Virus record (IMG/VR): IMGVR_UViG_3300042876_000344
Length of the DNA: 64,000 nucleotides
From: a virus
Reading direction: 5' to 3' (one strand)
A program made the position numbers and the translations under genes. The notes beneath the pieces are model-generated. The model was not told the origin of the DNA. It was given only the letters and a program-made list of their open reading frames with translations, and ran no database searches. Within the stretch, counting starts at the first letter, position 1. The number at the start of each line of letters is the position of its first letter. Of this stretch, positions 35,809-45,010 are shown in pieces.

Positions 35809-37029
35809 TTATCCCTCGCTGAATCGCCGCAACTGCTCGTCGAAGGGAACCCCCTCCGCCTTCCATTGCGCGATTCGGTTACTGTTGGGCGAAGCCGTAC
35901 CGGACAAGCCGGCTGGTTCGCGCCGTGCCTGCAATTTCGCCTGTGTCTGATGCACTTTGGCGTTGGCTGCAACGGCGGTTGCCGCGAATTTGTCGATGAT
36001 GGGCTTCGCCCGTCTCGCTAGAACATCGGCGGCAAACCTGCGCACGGTCGCATCCACGATGCCCCGCGTCTGTTCCGACGGCGAGGTTTTCGCGTTGCGT
36101 AAATCTCTCATCAACTCAGCTCGGCGGATGGGGTTGTTATTCAACGCCCCATCAATCTCAGATTTCAGCAGGAGGTTCAACTGGTTCCATTCCGGCTTGC
36201 CTCGGTAGGCATCGGCGACTTCCTTCGGAATCATCTTCTCGATCTCCGCGGACTTCGCCTGCTCGACCTGCGTATCAATCTGCTGGGCGAGGGACTGGTA
36301 GTGCTGCTGCTGCTGCGCCTGCTCCCTCGCCCGGTAGGCGTTCAACTGTTCCTGTAGTGAATTGTATTGCTGGGCCTGCGGGTCCGGAGCCTGGAAATCA
36401 GTCTCCGTCCGGAACCGGCCGGTCAACGCCAGTTCCATGTTCTGACAAGCCTTGAACAGGTTCGCATCCCCGGTCTGGATGGAATGCTGGTACACGCTGT
36501 CCAGCATCTGATTCTGGACCTGCCCCGTGATCTGTTGGTACGCTTCCGGCGCCACTTGCGGCAGCATCTCCAGCGCGCGCTCAGCCAAGTGCGAGATGGT
36601 CGCCGGCGGCGCCTTCAGCAGCATGAAGTCCGCGGCGCGCTTCACGCTGTCAGGTTCACCGCTGTTCCAGTCGTCGAGCAACGCCTGCGAGCCGAGGCTG
36701 CGCTTCCAGTGCTCCTGGATCACCTCAACTGACGGGTTCGGGCCCACCGCCTCTTCCAGCGACCGCTTGAACTTGTCGCTGCCCCACATCCTGTCCCACT
36801 TCGTCTTTGAACAGGAGTAGAGTTTCCCATTCTCGTCTACCTTGTCGGGGGTGACGTCTCCGAACGGGTCATCTTCGACAACCTCGGGGGTCTCCGGCGC
36901 GGCCGTCTCTACTGCATCGGGTGCCGGGGTGGCATCAACTGCGGGGGCCGTCTCAACGGCCGGCGTGTCTGCAACTGGAGCGACAGCTTCCGTCGTCGCG
37001 GGAGTGTCGAGAGTGGCGATATCGTCCAT
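35809..37029 (-). CDS. scaffolding protein (by position and composition)
   Basis: 406 aa, acidic Pro/Ala/Thr-rich N-terminus then long Gln-rich helices. Lies between portal and capsid. Confidence 0.55.
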   Translation of the reverse strand: MDDIATLDTPATTEAVAPVADTPAVETAPAVDATPAPDAVETAAPETPEVVEDDPFGDVTPDKVDENGKLYSCSKTKWDRMWGSDKFKRSLEEAVGPNPSVEVIQEHWKRSLGSQALLDDWNSGEPDSVKRAADFMLLKAPPATISHLAERALEMLPQVAPEAYQQITGQVQNQMLDSVYQHSIQTGDANLFKACQNMELALTGRFRTETDFQAPDPQAQQYNSLQEQLNAYRAREQAQQQQHYQSLAQQIDTQVEQAKSAEIEKMIPKEVADAYRGKPEWNQLNLLLKSEIDGALNNNPIRRAELMRDLRNAKTSPSEQTRGIVDATVRRFAADVLARRAKPIIDKFAATAVAANAKVHQTQAKLQARREPAGLSGTASPNSNRIAQWKAEGVPFDEQLRRFSEG

Positions 37030-37036
37030 GGGGCTC

Positions 37037-39289
37037 CTACTGTACTGGAAGTTCCGGCCCTATCCCCTGTTCCGGGGGGTTGGGTGATTCCGGTTTCGGT
37101 TTCTCTGGCTGTCCTTCTTCTGGCGGTGGCATCGGGGGCGGCTGGCCTGCTGCCAATTGCGCCATTCCGTGCGCGACGACATTTGCGAACCCATTCGGGT
37201 TTTCATTTGCCGCCTTTAACCCGCTTTCGTCGTTGCACCATTGCTGAATCAATGAAGCAAAAACAAGATTATCATCAACGAACGGCTGCACAGGAATAGT
37301 GGGGACCATCGAGCCATCAGGCCCCATCGTGGGCGAGCCCTTCAGCAGCTTCTGAATCCGCTCATTCACCGCGCGCTGATAATTCTCATTCGAGCTCTTG
37401 AAGTCAACCATGCCAGGCAGCAGGTAATCCTGCAGCGCCGCGGCATTGTAGGGCTTGTCCAGATCGAGTGCCGCCGCCACCTCCGGATTCTGCTTGATGA
37501 TCGACGAGAGCATGTCCGTCTTTTCGGCCCAGGACATCGGCACGCCGACTTCAGCCTCAAACCGGAACCGGCCACCTTTCAGCTTCGCCACATCGAACAT
37601 CGGGACCGGCCCATCGGGCGTTTCCTTCACCGGCAGGCCGTCGCCATGTTCGGCCACCAGCTTGACGCACTTGGTCACGATGACGACCCAGCCCTGCGCC
37701 GTCAGTTCACCGATAGGCGCGTTCTGCATGAGCGCCTGCTGGATGCGGAGGCGAGCGCCTTCGGCTGTGGGGTCTTTCTCATTGGCGCCGAATACCGGCG
37801 GCGTCAGCCCCGTGTGCTGCTGAACCGTGCCGTCGATCTTGTCTATCAGGGGCAGGTATTCAGCCAGCGCGCCTTGCGGCGTCGAGACGGTATGGAACCC
37901 GTCCTGGAGCCGCTGGCCGGCGGCGGCCTTCGCCTCAATGATCTCCGTCGGCAGCGTCCCGCGATTATTCAACTGCTCCAAATCGAGCCAGCCGGCCGAC
38001 ACAACCGTCATCGGGAGCTTCCGCTCAGACAACGCAAATAGCAGGTTGTAGAAATCGTTGATGAGGTCCTGTTGACCCAGGATGCCCCAGCAGAACGGGT
38101 CATTGTAGAGGTAGTCCGATGGCTCCACCTGTATGGCGGTCCACACGTCGGAGAGTTTCTCCTCGTCGATCCCGACCAGCCGGCCCGCCACGCGGGAAAT
38201 TCGGATGCCGTTCGGGAATTTCTCCTTCAGGTATTTCCGCTTCTCTTCGGACTGGAACATCTCGTACATCGGCGGCGTGAGCCACACGCGCGAGTGAATC
38301 CAGCGTTGCTTCTCGCCGATGCGCGTCATACCCGAGAGCGACTGTGCCTGCGCCCGGGTGATGGACCCCTGCTGCTGCGCTACCGTCTCGCCCTGCATGC
38401 CGCCCGTCGCCGGGTCCAGATGCTCGCGGAGTTTCTGCCCGTAGAGTTGCAGGAGAATTCCAGGATGCTCATCGTACTCATAGACGAGGAAGGGGCAATG
38501 GTCCAGCGTCTTCGCGTCGAACGGGACAGTGACCTCCATGCCGGTGCAGATCCGAAACATCGGCCCGCTATTGGCGTAGGTCTGCTCTCCCACCTGCTGC
38601 GGGACAGATACCATCGTCGGCGGCTGCTCGATCATCGGGACGAGGCACTGCGGGCAGACGCCATCGGCGGATTCAGTCTGGCCGCACGTCGGGCAGACCG
38701 GGCCGCCGGTTCCCGGCTGCGGAACCTGCATGGGTTCCAGAATCGGTTCCGTGCGTGAGCCAAACAGATCTTCGTCTGGAGTGAACGGATGGTAGATGTA
38801 GCGGGTGCCGCTCTTGAACGCATGGTAAAACAACTCAACATTGCGGAGCCGTGCGTTCCAGGCCTTCAGGAGCCACTGGTAAACCTTGTCGGCCTCCTCG
38901 CGCGCCATGCGGTCGGCCTCAGAGGCATTGTCCTCAGCCAGACACTTCATGTTGTAATACGCGCGAGTGCCCATGCTGCCGACGAATTTCCGGCAGTAGC
39001 CCTTGATGATGTCGATGTTGTAGTCCAGCAGGCCGGAGGCTTCCACATTCGGATCACCGGACATCCCCGAGGTGTTCTGGCCGACGGCCATGTAATCGAG
39101 AGAACCGCCCGGCCCCAGAACGGGGGCAAGGTATTGCAGTCCGCGGAGGTACAGGTCACACTTCCGCAGCCGCATGAACTGCCACGTCTTTTCCTGTTGG
39201 ATCTCAGCATCGACGTGCCGGGACAGAACGCCGTTCAGTTCATCCTTGAGGAATTCAACCGGGTCAATCTCTGGGAGTTGCGGATTCAC
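37037..39289 (-). CDS. portal protein (by position and size)
   Basis: 750 aa, upstream of scaffold and capsid. Not motif-verified. Confidence 0.7.
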   Translation of the reverse strand: MNPQLPEIDPVEFLKDELNGVLSRHVDAEIQQEKTWQFMRLRKCDLYLRGLQYLAPVLGPGGSLDYMAVGQNTSGMSGDPNVEASGLLDYNIDIIKGYCRKFVGSMGTRAYYNMKCLAEDNASEADRMAREEADKVYQWLLKAWNARLRNVELFYHAFKSGTRYIYHPFTPDEDLFGSRTEPILEPMQVPQPGTGGPVCPTCGQTESADGVCPQCLVPMIEQPPTMVSVPQQVGEQTYANSGPMFRICTGMEVTVPFDAKTLDHCPFLVYEYDEHPGILLQLYGQKLREHLDPATGGMQGETVAQQQGSITRAQAQSLSGMTRIGEKQRWIHSRVWLTPPMYEMFQSEEKRKYLKEKFPNGIRISRVAGRLVGIDEEKLSDVWTAIQVEPSDYLYNDPFCWGILGQQDLINDFYNLLFALSERKLPMTVVSAGWLDLEQLNNRGTLPTEIIEAKAAAGQRLQDGFHTVSTPQGALAEYLPLIDKIDGTVQQHTGLTPPVFGANEKDPTAEGARLRIQQALMQNAPIGELTAQGWVVIVTKCVKLVAEHGDGLPVKETPDGPVPMFDVAKLKGGRFRFEAEVGVPMSWAEKTDMLSSIIKQNPEVAAALDLDKPYNAAALQDYLLPGMVDFKSSNENYQRAVNERIQKLLKGSPTMGPDGSMVPTIPVQPFVDDNLVFASLIQQWCNDESGLKAANENPNGFANVVAHGMAQLAAGQPPPMPPPEEGQPEKPKPESPNPPEQGIGPELPVQ

Positions 39290-39597
39290 GCCAAATTCCT
39301 CATCGCCTTATTGAACTCTTCGTGCTGCTTGCGGACCAGATCACGGGCGAATACCCGCGAGGGGATCATGGAGGATGGAGCCTCTGCTACCGGAACCTCT
39401 TCCTCGGGAGCGGCGCTGAAAATCCGGCGCCCCGTGGCTCTCATTGCCATGGCGTCTGCGACCCTCTGCAGGTCGTCGATCCGCGCATCCTTCGTGTCAA
39501 CTTCCCGCTGTAGCGAATCGCACTCCAGACGCAGGGCTTCCACCCGTGCCTGGAGGACGGCGTACTGCGGGAACATCGACAGGAAAAACTCGATCAT
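39286..39597 (-). CDS. hypothetical coiled-coil protein
   Basis: Track ORF with ATGA-type coupling to the portal gene. Confidence 0.5.
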   Translation of the reverse strand: MIEFFLSMFPQYAVLQARVEALRLECDSLQREVDTKDARIDDLQRVADAMAMRATGRRIFSAAPEEEVPVAEAPSSMIPSRVFARDLVRKQHEEFNKAMRNLA

Positions 39598-39914
39598 TCA
39601 GATTCCTTCTCGCCAAATAGAGAGCAGTGGCCCTCGTCATCAACTTGGAATCCCAGCCAAGTACAGCCGTCTTCCGTGTTGTACTCGCAGACGCCGCACT
39701 TCTCGCTGCCGTCGTGGTATCCAACGGATTCAGGCGGGACGTATTTGCCGTCCATGGAGTGCTCCGCAGCTTCCTGCTTGGGGGACTCCATTTTCTCCTC
39801 GTCCTCTTCCTCTACTTCCTTCTCGCGCGGACCGCGCACGGCCGGGCCCTGGACAGGCGGGCCGGGCTTTTTCTTGCTGGCCGCGATCATGATTGCGAAC
39901 CCTGACTTCTTCAT
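39594..39914 (-). CDS. hypothetical protein (basic N-terminus, acidic middle, 4-Cys C-part)
   Basis: ATG 39914 (MKKSGFAIMIAASKKK); the track start 39932 is TTG. CGVCEYNTEDGCTW...HC. Confidence 0.5.
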   Translation of the reverse strand: MKKSGFAIMIAASKKKPGPPVQGPAVRGPREKEVEEEDEEKMESPKQEAAEHSMDGKYVPPESVGYHDGSEKCGVCEYNTEDGCTWLGFQVDDEGHCSLFGEKESE

Positions 39915-39952
39915 TAGTAGACCCCGTTCCAAGTGTATGCTATGGTTTTCTC

Positions 39953-40828
39953 ATGAGCCTTTGTGAATGCGGATGTGGTGGGCAAACCAACAACGGTCGA
40001 CGGTTTATCAAGCCGCACCAAGTCAAGCTGATGCAGGAAAGAAATACCGGAAGACAATACACGAGAGAGCATCTTGAGAAACTTTGGGCTGGTCGGCGCG
40101 CAAACCCGCCAACCAAAAAACAACGGACCACGGAGACTATAAGCTGCGCGTGTGGATGCGGCGGCAGTCTTACCACCCCCGATGACAGGGGAAGACAGAG
40201 AAAATTTATACAGAATCATCAGACAAAGACGCTTGTCAGCCTCAGAGAAAGGCCGTACCCGCCATCTCCAGTTAAAGGCAGAAAAGCCAGCGAAGAGACA
40301 AGACGCAAGCTGAGCGAATCGCACAAGGGGAAGCAGTCCCAGTCCAAAGGCATAAAGAGGGGCCCATCTCCACTCAAGGGGATTAGCCGCGGATTTCGCC
40401 ACTCCCTCGAAACGAAGAAGAAGATATCCGAAGCCAACAAGGGAGACAAAAGCCACCTGTGGAGAGGCGGCTCTCTCCCAGCCAGAGATGAGAGGACAAA
40501 AACGGTGGAATGGAAGCATCTGCGCCGCATAGTATATGAGAGAGACAAGTGGTGTTGCGTAGTATGCAGAGTCCATTGCAGAAATAGCGGAGGCAAGAAC
40601 AAGACAATACAATGCCATCATATAGTGCCAGTGAGGTACGGAGGTAGCGACGACATCAGCAACCTCGCCTCTGTTTGCGTTAGTTGCCACAAAAGGCAGG
40701 AGTCGCTTTACGGTAAACCGTCCTACTTTTGGGGCAGCTACCACAGGGTCCTCCAGGAAAAAGAATCCCCCGCGTCTTTCCCGCAGACCTGCACAGAATC
40801 CTTCACTCCGGCCCCGCCGGCCAAATAG
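39953..40828 (+). CDS. HNH homing endonuclease with CxCGCG zinc motifs and NUMOD3-like repeats
   Basis: ATG 39953. CECGCGGQT and CACGCGGSL. KGRKASEETRRKLSESHKG and GFRHSLETKKKISEANKG are NUMOD3-like. HNH core: CVVCRVH...IQCHHIVPVRYGGSDDISNLASVCVSCHKRQ. Opposite strand to all neighbours, visibly more A/T-rich, and the 3' end overlaps the tailspike gene by 91 nt. Confidence 0.85.
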   Translation: MSLCECGCGGQTNNGRRFIKPHQVKLMQERNTGRQYTREHLEKLWAGRRANPPTKKQRTTETISCACGCGGSLTTPDDRGRQRKFIQNHQTKTLVSLRERPYPPSPVKGRKASEETRRKLSESHKGKQSQSKGIKRGPSPLKGISRGFRHSLETKKKISEANKGDKSHLWRGGSLPARDERTKTVEWKHLRRIVYERDKWCCVVCRVHCRNSGGKNKTIQCHHIVPVRYGGSDDISNLASVCVSCHKRQESLYGKPSYFWGSYHRVLQEKESPASFPQTCTESFTPAPPAK

Positions 40829-42516
40829 TTAAACGTTCCTCGTGTCGTCGCGTCACACGTCGGCGCCGTTGCAGAGGAAAGCTGGGGCTGGTTGGCAAAA
40901 ACAACGCGTGTCCCCGCGGCATTGAACACCGACCCGAGAACAATCTGGTCTGAAGAACTCGCCCCGATAAGAATCATGTCTGAGGAGTTGGCGGCATTCC
41001 TCGTCCCAATGAACGTATTGTTATGAATCCTCAGCGGCATGTACCCAGCGGACACGGCCGCCGCATTGGAGAAATCAATACCTACGCCATAGTCGATGAT
41101 AGGAGTCCCCACGAAGTTGATACCGTACTGCTGAGGCTTGGCGAAGCTGAACTTCATCGTGTTCTTCACCTTGTGGTTCCAGATCCCGCCGAACAGGTCA
41201 ACGGCGTTGATAATCCCAGGGGTTGCGTATGTCTGATCTCCCCCTGTGGTTTCGATCCAGTTCCATTGAGTGATATGGTTCCACGATTCGGACTGGAGAT
41301 AATTCCTCCACTCGTATAGCCCGGTCGCCGTGAGCAAATACCCAAACCCGTTGTCCCATGCGCAGCCAAGCGCCGAAGCATAGCAGGCAGGAGTCCCCAA
41401 CTCCAGCGACGTTGAGGCGACGGTATCGATCGCGTAGGACCCGTTTGCGATCGTGACTGGAATAGTGAACGTGTTCGAGCCGGTGGAGGTCGCCGGGAAA
41501 TTCCCGCGCAGCGTGGTGTTCGCGCTGGTGATATAAACGCCTTGCTGCGAACGGAGATTGTGCGCCGTCGGCGTTGTTACCGTGCACACGTTCGAGGAGC
41601 AACTAGTGGACGACGTAGACAAGCTGTTGAGATCGCCGATTGTTGTGTCTGCAAAAGATGAGCTATCCAGGAATTGAGCGTATATGCCATGGTAGGGGGG
41701 CCTTGCATCAAACGAGATGAAGCCCTTGCCTGCCTTGATGGAACAGACGTCCTTGTTGCTGGTTCCCAGTATCATCCCGCCGCCGGCTGTGCCGCCCCAG
41801 ATGACATAATTATCCAGCATGATCTGGCCGGAGCCGTCGCCGCACCTGGGCGTCGTGGTGATACCTGAACCTTCAACCACCAGGCCATAGCCATTGGTGT
41901 GGTTGGCGATGGTGAAATAGTTCGCGACGAAGTTGTACGTGTCATACAGCCAAAGCCCGGTAGCGGCCCGGTTGTTGGCGTCGAAGGTGATTTTCTCCAC
42001 GCTGGAGTTGAGTTGCGTGTACCCGCCGCTGCTGGAAAACTTAACGATAAATCCGCCGGCTGTTGCGCCAGAGGGATACTTCAACAGCGTCGAGCCCGTG
42101 TCGGAAGACCATGGAGTGCGGCTTCCCTGCCCGACCAAGTGAATATTGTTCTTCGTGATAACCAAGTTTGCAATCATGGCCGTGCCAGCGGGGAACATGA
42201 TCGTTCCGCCTGTCGACGGCAGCGCGCTGATGCAGGAAGACAGGGCCGAAGTGTCATCGGTTGAGCCATTGACAGCAAGCCCGCAATCCGTAGTGGCCCG
42301 CAGGAAGGGAATCGAAAAGGACCCAGGCGCAGCATAGTCTGTGCCGGAAACGGCTGCAGCCAAATGCCCGCTCCCGTCGATCTTCGTGATCGAGCCAGAC
42401 GATGGCAATGACCCTCCGTTGATCGTTGTCAGTGTGGGCTTGTTCTTGATCTGGGTGTTGTAGTCAACCTGCTGGGCAGGGAGCAAAAGCGGCAGGAGAA
42501 TCAGTAGTTTCTTCAT
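40738..42516 (-). CDS. signal-peptide-bearing beta-helix tailspike/pectate-lyase-superfamily protein
   Basis: MKKLLILLPLLLPAQQ. VNGSTDDTSALSSCISALPSTGGTIMFPAGT is the Pectate_lyase_3-type opening. C-terminal C..(n)..VCGKDAGDSFSWRTLW. Confidence 0.7.
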   Translation of the reverse strand: MKKLLILLPLLLPAQQVDYNTQIKNKPTLTTINGGSLPSSGSITKIDGSGHLAAAVSGTDYAAPGSFSIPFLRATTDCGLAVNGSTDDTSALSSCISALPSTGGTIMFPAGTAMIANLVITKNNIHLVGQGSRTPWSSDTGSTLLKYPSGATAGGFIVKFSSSGGYTQLNSSVEKITFDANNRAATGLWLYDTYNFVANYFTIANHTNGYGLVVEGSGITTTPRCGDGSGQIMLDNYVIWGGTAGGGMILGTSNKDVCSIKAGKGFISFDARPPYHGIYAQFLDSSSFADTTIGDLNSLSTSSTSCSSNVCTVTTPTAHNLRSQQGVYITSANTTLRGNFPATSTGSNTFTIPVTIANGSYAIDTVASTSLELGTPACYASALGCAWDNGFGYLLTATGLYEWRNYLQSESWNHITQWNWIETTGGDQTYATPGIINAVDLFGGIWNHKVKNTMKFSFAKPQQYGINFVGTPIIDYGVGIDFSNAAAVSAGYMPLRIHNNTFIGTRNAANSSDMILIGASSSDQIVLGSVFNAAGTRVVFANQPQLSSATAPTCDATTRGTFNYLAGGAGVKDSVQVCGKDAGDSFSWRTLW

Positions 42517-44450
42517 CAGTAAATCGCCCTCACGTCGGCCCCGCTCTCCGGCGCCGCGGTAAATGTCACATTGGTCCCTGACCGGGTGTACCCCAGGCCT
42601 TCAAACATCATCACTCCATTCCAGAGGACAACCTTCGGTGTCTGGCTGAAGGCGAACGTGGTGGTGACTCCATTCGGCGACGTCGACGACGACACCAGCC
42701 TCATGTTCGGCGCCGTGCCGCATGTGATCGAACCATCCGTGTTCACCGATGAAACGAAATCACCCGTGCTGCAGGTCTGCGACAGCACTCCGCCCTTCAC
42801 TGTCGAACTGGGGGCCGGCAGCCGGGCGCCGTTCAGCGTGCCGCTGGTGATATTCGTAGCGTTTGTGGTGTCCGTAGTGGCGCTGGGGGCGAATGACGGC
42901 CACGTGGATGGCGCTCCGGTGATGATCGGCTGTTTCGTCGCGTCGACGACCGTGATGTTTGCCGATCCGTCGAACAGGACCCCGTTGATTGTGCGCGCTG
43001 TCTGCAGCACGGTTGCGGATCCAGAGTTCCCAGTGATGGTGACGGCCAGGGTGCCACTCAGCGCGTCGGAGCCCCCTTGAATATGCGTACTCGCGTGGGC
43101 GGTCGGAGCCATGGATGTGGGCGCACCGCTAAGTTGCGAGTACCCGACCTGCGTACAGGTAGGAGATCCGGTTGTCGTTGCGGTTGCGTACTGGCCGGCG
43201 GTGCAGGCCCCGACTCCGGAGTAGGTTCCAGAGGCCTGTTTCGTAGCCAGTCCTGTATCGACATAGGTTTTGACGGCATTCTGTGTGGGGTACAGGGCGT
43301 TGCTTGCGCCCAGGGCTGTGTTGGTGGACTTGTTCGCCACATTCTCAGCGGTGAACCCTAGCGTCGGCTCATATGGCAGGGCCGGGATATCGGCCGCGAC
43401 CAGAGCCCGAAGGGTGGGGGCGCCAGAAACTCCATTCGGCGTGGCATACACGCGATTAGCCAGACCGGTTCCGATTGCCGCCTGGTAATCCGTGCCAGCA
43501 ACTGCGGCCGAGAACCCGCCCGTGCCGTTTCCTTTCAGCAGATCCGCGCCAGATGTGGCTGGTGCATAGTCGGTGCCAGCGGCCGCCGAAGAAAAGCCTC
43601 CGGCTCCATTCCCTTTGAGAAGGGCGGAGCCGGAGGTTGCCGGTGCATAGTCAGTGCCGCTCGCTGCCGCCGAAAAGCCACCTGTACCGTTGCCTTTGAG
43701 AATCGCTGTACCCGAAGTCTGAGGCGCGTAGGAGAGCGCCGGGATGTCGCCTGCAACCAGAAGCCGCCACGCCGGAGCGCCGCCGCCGCTCGCCGGGCCG
43801 GCGAACACGTAGTTCTGAAGCGTCGAAGCCAGGCCAATGCCGCCCCGGGAGACAGCCAGCGTACCGGTCCAGCCGAGGGAGTGCGTTGTGCCCGTCGACG
43901 TCAGGGTCACGTTGGTGTCGTTCACGAACGTCTGGACCGGATCAGTCAAGCCGTTGAGGGAGGTAATGCCGGAACCGCCTGCCCCGGTCTGATCGGACCC
44001 GCAACTGAAGACGTGAGTAGTTGAGTTGTAGAGGAGTTTATCCGTGGTGCCATTGCTGCAACTTGGGAGGACCGACAGGCTGAACGCGCTTCCGTCGGCG
44101 ATGGGGACGCCATTCGCAGTGACGCCCCCAAGGGCCGAACGGGCGCGGGCATCGGTGAAGTAGAGGCGAGTGCCTTCAGCGATATCGGTAGTCGAAGAGG
44201 GGATGGTGGGGAATGTGGCGAGGGATAAGTCTCCACGGAGATACTGGCTGGTGGACCCGGTAACAATGGTGCCCTGTTTTCCAGACAAGGCGTTATTCAG
44301 GTCCGTCTGGGCGGAGAGTGTCCCGGTGATTCCACCCCATGTCGCAGATCCCCCCCCACCACCGCCGCCAGTGACACGGTTGGGACCGTCCACCTTGGTT
44401 TGCGCGGCGAGACCAAAACAAAAAACTACGACGAGTAGCCACCTCACCAT
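42516..44450 (-). CDS. signal-peptide-bearing tail-fibre-like protein with three 25-aa tandem repeats
   Basis: MVRWLLVVVFCFGLAAQ. Gly7 run. WGGITGTLSAQTDLNNAL fibre-like motif, plus repeats (see repeat feature). Confidence 0.65.
   Translation of the reverse strand: MVRWLLVVVFCFGLAAQTKVDGPNRVTGGGGGGGSATWGGITGTLSAQTDLNNALSGKQGTIVTGSTSQYLRGDLSLATFPTIPSSTTDIAEGTRLYFTDARARSALGGVTANGVPIADGSAFSLSVLPSCSNGTTDKLLYNSTTHVFSCGSDQTGAGGSGITSLNGLTDPVQTFVNDTNVTLTSTGTTHSLGWTGTLAVSRGGIGLASTLQNYVFAGPASGGGAPAWRLLVAGDIPALSYAPQTSGTAILKGNGTGGFSAAASGTDYAPATSGSALLKGNGAGGFSSAAAGTDYAPATSGADLLKGNGTGGFSAAVAGTDYQAAIGTGLANRVYATPNGVSGAPTLRALVAADIPALPYEPTLGFTAENVANKSTNTALGASNALYPTQNAVKTYVDTGLATKQASGTYSGVGACTAGQYATATTTGSPTCTQVGYSQLSGAPTSMAPTAHASTHIQGGSDALSGTLAVTITGNSGSATVLQTARTINGVLFDGSANITVVDATKQPIITGAPSTWPSFAPSATTDTTNATNITSGTLNGARLPAPSSTVKGGVLSQTCSTGDFVSSVNTDGSITCGTAPNMRLVSSSTSPNGVTTTFAFSQTPKVVLWNGVMMFEGLGYTRSGTNVTFTAAPESGADVRAIY
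43476..43733. repeat. coding tandem repeat, 3 x ~75 nt
   Basis: (GTDYAPATSG.ALLKGNG.GGFS.AA)x3 in the fibre-like ORF. The DNA copies are clearly similar. Confidence 0.8.
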
Positions 44451-45007
44451 ATCTCAGCCTCCAGCGTATCCCCAATCTGCGGGATGTAGCCAGGCTGCAT
44501 GGTGATGAGCCCGCCTGAAAACGTATAGCCCGTGCCCTCCCGGAGCTTCAGGCCGTTCAGGAACAAGGACAGATGAACCGTGGATGCCGTGACGCCGAAC
44601 AGGTTGTTCACGCCGTTGATCGTCCCGCTGGGGACCGTCGTCGTGGGCGTCGTGCGCGCCTCTCCCGTGCCGATGCTTTGGCTGCCCACCACTGCGCGGA
44701 TCACGGCGCCGGCCGGCGGAGCGATGCCGAATGTGATTGTGCCGGCCGTCGCGTCTCGGGTGTAGTCGATGACCTCAGTCATCAACAACCCGCCATTGAA
44801 GATCAGGCACTCAGGCAGGGGGGCGACGATGTAGAAGGTTTTGTTTACGCCGTCGATGGTGCCAGTGACGGAGAGGATCTCAGACGAACCGCTATTGTCG
44901 GCAATCCAGGAGAGGTCGGTGTTTCGCGCGAACATCCCGAATGGAATTAGGTTTCGCTTCCGGCAGGCCGCCATGAAGTTCGCAAACGCAATCGGTCCAT
45001 CAGGCAA
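44444..45007 (-). CDS. structural protein with two tandem Ig-like repeats
   Basis: Two copies of G.I[DN]GVN..F......L.[FL]NG......DYT/GYT..G.IT...G..P..G. Located immediately after TerL. Confidence 0.55.
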   Translation of the reverse strand: MPDGPIAFANFMAACRKRNLIPFGMFARNTDLSWIADNSGSSEILSVTGTIDGVNKTFYIVAPLPECLIFNGGLLMTEVIDYTRDATAGTITFGIAPPAGAVIRAVVGSQSIGTGEARTTPTTTVPSGTINGVNNLFGVTASTVHLSLFLNGLKLREGTGYTFSGGLITMQPGYIPQIGDTLEAEIW

Positions 45008-45010
45008 GTA

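Noticed and set aside
39914-40744. 276-aa minus-strand ORF filling the gap in the late operon
   Set aside because: It is exactly antisense to the HNH endonuclease gene, which has clear catalytic and NUMOD3 motifs. Its own translation has no recognisable features and an odd composition, so it is treated as a shadow ORF.
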